The notes beneath the pieces were generated by a model. The model searched no databases. It saw only the letters and a program-made list of their open reading frames with translations, and was not told where the DNA came from. Below, one piece after another: positions 58,922 through 64,000 of a stretch of 64,000 nt of DNA. The DNA is from Clostridia bacterium (GTDB taxonomy: Bacteria > Bacillota > Clostridia > Christensenellales > Aristaeellaceae). The stretch lies in contig JAFUBA010000007.1 of NCBI GenBank assembly GCA_017460395.1, positions 7,652 to 71,651 on the forward strand, read 5' to 3'. Numbering within the stretch: the first letter of the stretch is position 1; each line of letters opens with the position of its first letter. The position numbers and the translations under genes were made by a program.

Positions 58922-59484
58922 CGACCATCCTGCAGCTGATGCTGGAGTTTTTCAAGACAGGGCTTTTCTCCGTGGGCGGCGGCCTTGCCACACTGCCCTT
59001 CCTCTATGAGATGTCCGACCGCTGGGGCTGGTTCTCCCACGCGGACATCGCCGACATGATCGCCGTCTCCGAGTCCACACCGGGGGCGATCGGTATCAAC
59101 ATGTCCACCTATGCAGGCTTCAAGACCGGGGGCGTCCTGGGCGGCCTTCTCGCCACCCTGGCCCTTGCAACGCCCTGCATCATCGTCATCCTGATCATTG
59201 CCCGTTTTCTCCATAAGTTCCGGGATAACCCTCTGGTGGAAGGCGCCTTCTACGGGCTTCGCCCCGCCTCCATCGCCATGATCACTGCGGCAGGCATCAA
59301 TGTGGCGAAGGTAGCCCTGGTGAACCTGGAGGCCTATGCGGCCACAGGCGCTCTGGGGGACCTGTTTACCTGGAAAGCCATTATCCTTGGGGTACTGATC
59401 TTTATCGGGCAGAAGAAGCTCAAATGGAGCCCTGTGATCTTCATCGCCATTTCGGCGGTCGTGGGCATCATATTCACATTCTGA
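58918..59484 (+). CDS. chrA: Chromate transporter family protein (second half-size subunit)
   Basis: KTGLFSVGGGLATLPFLYEM. ATGA overlap with the previous gene. Confidence 0.8.
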   Translation: MTTILQLMLEFFKTGLFSVGGGLATLPFLYEMSDRWGWFSHADIADMIAVSESTPGAIGINMSTYAGFKTGGVLGGLLATLALATPCIIVILIIARFLHKFRDNPLVEGAFYGLRPASIAMITAAGINVAKVALVNLEAYAATGALGDLFTWKAIILGVLIFIGQKKLKWSPVIFIAISAVVGIIFTF

Positions 59485-59491
59485 TTTTCAT

Positions 59492-59529
59492 GCGCAAAAA
59501 AAGGGGACTGCAGTCCCCTTTTTTTGCGC
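59492..59529. terminator. Bidirectional intrinsic terminator
   Basis: Palindrome GCGCAAAAAAAGGGGACTG / CAGTCCCCTTTTTTTGCGC. Confidence 0.85.
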
Positions 59530-59533
59530 TTTT

Positions 59534-60604
59534 TCAGATCCAGGGTCTTGGCGGTGTCGAAACGATCTGCCCGCTCTGGAGTGCCCTTTTCACCATGATG
59601 GGGAAGTAGGCATCCTCCATGGCCTCCCGGAGGGGGTAGGGCGAGGGCCCGCCCTCAAGGCAGTTTTTCATGTCCATGAGCATCGTCGCAATGGCGAACT
59701 CGTCCCAGGCGGTCTCCAGAAACATTTCCCCGGAGAAGGCCTTGCGAAGATCCCGCAGCGTCTGGGTGTCCAGGGCCCTGTATGCTTCCGGGATTTCGGG
59801 CATCAGACACAGCTTTCTGGGTTCCCCGCGTTCATCCAGAACATCGAAGAAGCGGTCATGCCACTCGCCCCTCTCGCCCCTCACGGTCACGTGGCGGCCG
59901 CGGATGAAGCTGCGGTACTGGATGGGGGCAAAGTCGTAGATGGCCGTCTTCCCGGAGGCAAAGCGCAGCAGAACGCACTGACGCGTCTCCTCCCCCTTTT
60001 CTCCGGTCCGGATGGCGCCGTACCTGGAGTCGGTCGCGACGGCCTGTCCGTGTCCCTCCATGGCCATGAGGCTGTAGTCCTCCCCCTGAACGCGCAGCAT
60101 CCTCCGGATCAGGCTCATCCCATGATACTCGTGGCACAGAGACAGCGTCATGGAGACCGGCTCCCCGATGGCACCCGCCTCAATCCGGCGGATCCCCTCT
60201 GCGATCACGGGATACCGGTGGTACTGCTCGAGGGAGGAGATGACCACCTTGTTCCGGGTGGCCATTTCCCAGAGGGTGGTGAGCTCCTCCTCGCTGCACC
60301 CCACCGGGGTTTCGGCCAGGACCGGGTATCCCCGGGAGGCCCAGAGGCATACGACCTCATTCATGTGCCCCCGGTCCACCGCGACCACCACAAAGTCTGG
60401 CTGAAAGTCCATGGCCTCCTCTGCCAGGATTGTACCGCCAATCCCCGTCTGGCGGCGCATGAGATCCACCTTCTCCTCCGACCTGCACAGGTACATGGCC
60501 CGGAAGAGCTCCGGGTAGCGCGCGGCGATCCGCCCGAAATACTCAGCCCGGTATCCGGACCCGACGATCAGAAACGAGACGGTTGTGTTTCCTGTGTTTT
60601 TCAT
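59534..60604 (-). CDS. Gfo/Idh/MocA-family oxidoreductase
   Basis: N-terminal Rossmann FLIVGSGYRAEYFGRIA and VLAETPV (EKP-like motif). An alternative start lies 36 nt upstream. Confidence 0.65.
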   Translation of the reverse strand: MKNTGNTTVSFLIVGSGYRAEYFGRIAARYPELFRAMYLCRSEEKVDLMRRQTGIGGTILAEEAMDFQPDFVVVAVDRGHMNEVVCLWASRGYPVLAETPVGCSEEELTTLWEMATRNKVVISSLEQYHRYPVIAEGIRRIEAGAIGEPVSMTLSLCHEYHGMSLIRRMLRVQGEDYSLMAMEGHGQAVATDSRYGAIRTGEKGEETRQCVLLRFASGKTAIYDFAPIQYRSFIRGRHVTVRGERGEWHDRFFDVLDERGEPRKLCLMPEIPEAYRALDTQTLRDLRKAFSGEMFLETAWDEFAIATMLMDMKNCLEGGPSPYPLREAMEDAYFPIMVKRALQSGQIVSTPPRPWI

Positions 60605-60806
60605 TCTGTTCCGCTCCTTTGTGCTCTTCACCTGCGCCATTTCAGCGCTTTACAGTTGTTTTTCCGCCTGATATACTTTACAAAAGCTTACACGGAAAGC
60701 ATTTTGGCAGCTTTCCCGAAGGATCAGCATTATACAGACAGGCTGCATGGTACAGACTGTCTTTACACCACAGAAACGCTTTACTATGTGAAAGGAGACG
60801 TTTTAC

Positions 60807-61445
60807 ATGCCTGTTCAGATCATGGTGCTCCCCAACCCCAACACCTCCCTGCCCTTCCGTGTGGCGCGCGGCCACTTTGCCACAAGCCACAGCCATATCA
60901 ATTATTACATCGACCTGACCATGACCAAGCACCGCCTGTCAGAGGCACGCGAGGCAGCCATCGAGCTGTGCTCGAAAATGAAGACCACCACCGTGATAGA
61001 CACCATTCTGTGCCTGGACGGCACTGAGGTGGTAGGCGCCTGTATGGCCTCCGAGCTTTCCCGGTATGGCTTCATGAACATGAACTCCCACCGCACCATC
61101 TATGTGGTGACCCCGGAGCACACCAGCGGCAGCCAGCTCATCTTCCGGGACAACACCGCCCCCATGATCGTGGGCAAGCATGTCCTGATCCTGGCCGCCT
61201 CCGTCACCACCGGCTACACCGCCCAGGCCGCCGTGGAGGCCGTAAGATACTACAGCGGAATCCCCGCAGGCATCTGCTCCATCTTTGCCAGCGCCGATGA
61301 GTGCGAGGGCTTCCCCATCGTGTCCATCTTTAAAAAGGACATCCTGGACGACTATGAGTCCACCTCCTCCCACGACTGCCCGCTGTGCAGGGCAGGGAAG
61401 AAACTGGACGCCATGGTCAACAGTCACGGCATCTCAAGCTTCTGA
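60807..61445 (+). CDS. Phosphoribosyltransferase-fold protein with a degenerate PRPP loop
   Basis: HVLILAASVTTGYT occupies the position of the canonical hhhhDDhhTTGxT PRPP motif, but the two acidic residues are Ala-Ala. Confidence 0.55.
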   Translation: MPVQIMVLPNPNTSLPFRVARGHFATSHSHINYYIDLTMTKHRLSEAREAAIELCSKMKTTTVIDTILCLDGTEVVGACMASELSRYGFMNMNSHRTIYVVTPEHTSGSQLIFRDNTAPMIVGKHVLILAASVTTGYTAQAAVEAVRYYSGIPAGICSIFASADECEGFPIVSIFKKDILDDYESTSSHDCPLCRAGKKLDAMVNSHGISSF

Positions 61446-61455
61446 TGTTTTCTCG

Positions 61456-61490
61456 CCCGGAGGCAGATCCACACCTCCGGGCTCTTCTTA
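61456..61490 (+). terminator. Possible intrinsic terminator
   Basis: CCCGGAGG / CCTCCGGG stem, 10-nt loop, followed by pyrimidine/T-rich sequence. Confidence 0.45.
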
Positions 61491-61565
61491 TCTGGTCATC
61501 TTGTCTGGACTCTTCTTTATGCACCTGAAAAGCAACGATAAACGCAAAAGAGAGGAGATGCGCAT

Positions 61566-63440
61566 ATGCAGGAAATGGAAGGGATGGACCGCAAGCCTCG
61601 CGTCTATGTCATGAAAGCAGGCTCGCTCCCCGAGGGCACCTGGCAGCGGGATATCCTCATGGACGACACCCCGGGCGGGGATGACCTGCCCGAAAACAAG
61701 CACCTATATTATTTCCTCAGCGTCCCCGGCCAGGGGAGAATGTATCTTCAGACGGAGCCGGGCGCCAGAGCAGTGATCCTTTCCATCAATGGGTGCGGCA
61801 TACAGCCGGAGGAGATCACAGCCCCCGGGGTCTATGAGATCGACTATTCCGAGGTGGCCCGCATCGGCATCAACCATGTGCACTTCATGGTGTACGAGCA
61901 GCAGGGCTGCCACCCCAGTGCCCGCCTCCTCATCCCCTATCCCGAGGTCATCCCCGGTTATCCGGAGGAGGCCGGCATCGCCCCCCTGGGCTTTGACCTG
62001 ATCGAGGATATCCTGGAGACCGACATCCGCATGGGCTTCCCTGGCGGGCAGCTGGCTGTCGTGAGCGAGGGCCGCCTCATCTACTCCAAGGCCTTCGGCG
62101 CGACCTGCGCCTACGGCGAAGACGGGAAGCTGCTCCCCAATCCCGTGCCCGCAACCACCGAGACCCTCTACGACCTGGCCTCGGTGACCAAGATGTTCTC
62201 CGTAAACTACCCTATCCAGAAGCTGATCACAGATAAAAAGCTGTCGCTCCAGGACACCATCTCCTCGATCCTCGGGGAATCGTTCTCCGAGGACACGATC
62301 TATATACCCTATCCGGAGCTCTCAGAGATGGACCCACAGCCAACGCTGGAGGATATCAGGGCCTGGAAGCGGAGTCTGACGGTGCGGGATCTTCTGTGCC
62401 ACCAGGGCGGCTTTGTCCCGGACCCCCAGTACCATAACCCCTGCTTTGACGCGGCAAAAAGGTGCTTTGACAGCTCGGCACACAACGAACTCTTCTCCGG
62501 TAACGACGGATCCATGGAAACGCGGGAGGAGACCTTCCGCCAGATCTGCCGGACGCCGCTCTTCTACCGGCCAGGGACCCGGACAGTGTACTCAGACGTT
62601 GACTACATGATACTGGGCTTCGTGGTGGAGAAGGTGACGGGCGAGAGACTGGACCGCTACCTTCAGCGCGAGTTCCTGGATCCCCTGGAGCTACGTCACG
62701 TGACCTTCCGCCCCCTGGACCATGGGTTCACAAAGGAGCAGTGCGCAGCCACGGAGCTTCACGGGAACACCCGTGACGGTGCCATCGACTGGCCCGGCAT
62801 CCGCAGGCACACCCTGCAGGGGGAAGTGCACGATGAGAAGGCATACTACGCCATGGCCGGCATCTCAGGCCATGCAGGCCTGTTCGGGAACGCCGAGGAC
62901 CTGGCAAAACTCCTCTACATCATGCTCACGGGCGGCTATGGGGTACACCGCTTCTTCTCCCGCGCTGTCATCGACCTCTTCAGCGCCCCGAAGGACCTGG
63001 ACCACGCCGACTGGGGCCTTGGCTGGTGGCGGCAGGGCGACATGCAGCGCGGCTACTGGTTCGGGCACCTGGCGGACGAGAACGCCATCGGGCACTCCGG
63101 CTGGACCGGTACCCTGATCATGGCGGACTCGACCATGGACCTGGTGGTGGTGTACCTGACCAACAAGATCAATTCCCCGGTCACAAACAGGGATACAAAC
63201 CCCAACCGCTTTGACGGCAGCTACTTTACCGCCGGCCAGCCGGGATTTGTGGGCGAAATCCTGAATCTGTGCTACCTGCCGGAAGATGAAGTCGAAGACC
63301 TGATGGACTACTTAAACGAGATCCACCACGAGGCCACGCTCCATGGTCTCTCCCATGCAGGCACACCTCACCCCTCCTGGAAAAATGCCCTCAGCAAGCA
63401 CCTGATCCTGGAAAAATGGTCCAATTCAGACTTCACATAA
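61566..63440 (+). CDS. Beta-lactamase-family serine hydrolase (class C / esterase-PBP type) with an N-terminal extra domain
   Basis: S-x-x-K in LASVTKMF, YSD in TVYSDVDY, and HSG in IGHSGWTG. Confidence 0.75.
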   Translation: MQEMEGMDRKPRVYVMKAGSLPEGTWQRDILMDDTPGGDDLPENKHLYYFLSVPGQGRMYLQTEPGARAVILSINGCGIQPEEITAPGVYEIDYSEVARIGINHVHFMVYEQQGCHPSARLLIPYPEVIPGYPEEAGIAPLGFDLIEDILETDIRMGFPGGQLAVVSEGRLIYSKAFGATCAYGEDGKLLPNPVPATTETLYDLASVTKMFSVNYPIQKLITDKKLSLQDTISSILGESFSEDTIYIPYPELSEMDPQPTLEDIRAWKRSLTVRDLLCHQGGFVPDPQYHNPCFDAAKRCFDSSAHNELFSGNDGSMETREETFRQICRTPLFYRPGTRTVYSDVDYMILGFVVEKVTGERLDRYLQREFLDPLELRHVTFRPLDHGFTKEQCAATELHGNTRDGAIDWPGIRRHTLQGEVHDEKAYYAMAGISGHAGLFGNAEDLAKLLYIMLTGGYGVHRFFSRAVIDLFSAPKDLDHADWGLGWWRQGDMQRGYWFGHLADENAIGHSGWTGTLIMADSTMDLVVVYLTNKINSPVTNRDTNPNRFDGSYFTAGQPGFVGEILNLCYLPEDEVEDLMDYLNEIHHEATLHGLSHAGTPHPSWKNALSKHLILEKWSNSDFT

Positions 63441-63477
63441 GCCATCCCATCTGCCCCGCGGGTTTCCGCGGGGCCTT

Positions 63478-64000
63478 TTACGGCATCTCCAGGACCGAGA
63501 TGCGCCCGGATGTGATCGTGATCCTCTCCCGGTCCTCCGGGTGCCCCAATCTGCAGATCCCCAGCGCATTTTTCTCCATCTTCTCCATGCCTTGTCCATG
63601 GCTGTCCAGTATAAGGCAGCGGACGCCCACGTGGAGGGCGATCTGTCCGTCCGAGTGGAAGTCATCGCCGACCATGAGAGTGTCATCGCAATGCATTCCG
63701 TGCTTTTCCATGAGCTCCTGAAGGAAACGTGGGTCTGGCTTCATCATGCCGTGCTCGGAGGAGATGAAGATGTCATCAAGGTATTCCGGCAGCCCCAGCT
63801 GCTCCAGCTCCGGCCGCGTGTAGGCCGACTGGGCATTGGAGAGAAGGAAGGTCCGGGCGCCGGACGCGCGGATCTTCCGAAGCACGTCGAGGGTTTCCGG
63901 AAAGAGCCGCAGTCGGGTCCTGGACGCGATCCGGAAGACCTCCGCCACCATCCGTGCAAAGCCGCAGTCGATGAGCTCCCGGACAGAACAGCCCGGCGAA
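63478..64000 (-). CDS. HAD-superfamily hydrolase, 5'-partial (runs off the window)
   Basis: TFLLSNAQ, MMKPDPRF and LMVGDDFHSDG. The reading frame stays open upstream of the annotated Met to position 64000. Confidence 0.7.
   Translation of the reverse strand, partial: SPGCSVRELIDCGFARMVAEVFRIASRTRLRLFPETLDVLRKIRASGARTFLLSNAQSAYTRPELEQLGLPEYLDDIFISSEHGMMKPDPRFLQELMEKHGMHCDDTLMVGDDFHSDGQIALHVGVRCLILDSHGQGMEKMEKNALGICRLGHPEDRERITITSGRISVLEMP

Overview
This is a high-GC, Clostridia-like chromosomal window (my guess is a gut anaerobe). Its backbone is carbohydrate and housekeeping genes: GH2 lacZ, a domain-permuted GH3, a CE15-like esterase, a second GH2, fucI, pgi, deoD-mtnA, sfsA, cutC and a split chrA pair. 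There is also a YtrA-type GntR/ABC operon. I saw no rRNA, no intact tRNA and no CRISPR array. Visibly AT-richer accessory islets interrupt the backbone. These are a DUF4143 AAA ATPase with an AT-rich repeat-bearing leader (9.8-11.5 kb), three paralogs of the AAA-ATPase_like/PD-(D/E)XK family (30.2, 37.0 and 47.6 kb; one truncated, one apparently catalytically degenerate), and a complete IS4-family insertion sequence (about 41022-43234) sitting inside a pre-existing palindrome just upstream of fucI. A SWIM-SNF2 helicase lies between two of the paralogs. My best candidate for an undescribed system is a translationally coupled two-gene cassette at 44690-46271 (minus strand). It encodes a DUF4145-type protein carrying an R-x2-G-N-x3-H motif, followed by a coiled-coil protein with an unrecognised Cys-rich C-terminal domain. 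The cassette is the distal end of a co-directional array: PD-(D/E)XK ATPase, metallophosphoesterase, DUF4145 protein, coiled-coil protein. The second candidate is a three-gene operon at 5869-7772 driven by a consensus promoter: a zinc-ribbon membrane protein, an XRE repressor, and a membrane-anchored ImmA/IrrE protease. That protease ends in an Ada-like His-Cys3 zinc module, and the same module is also fused to a secreted ComEC-type MBL hydrolase at 50.4 kb. All functional calls come from motif recognition by eye and no database search was run. Many long antisense ORFs in the track are GC-driven artefacts.
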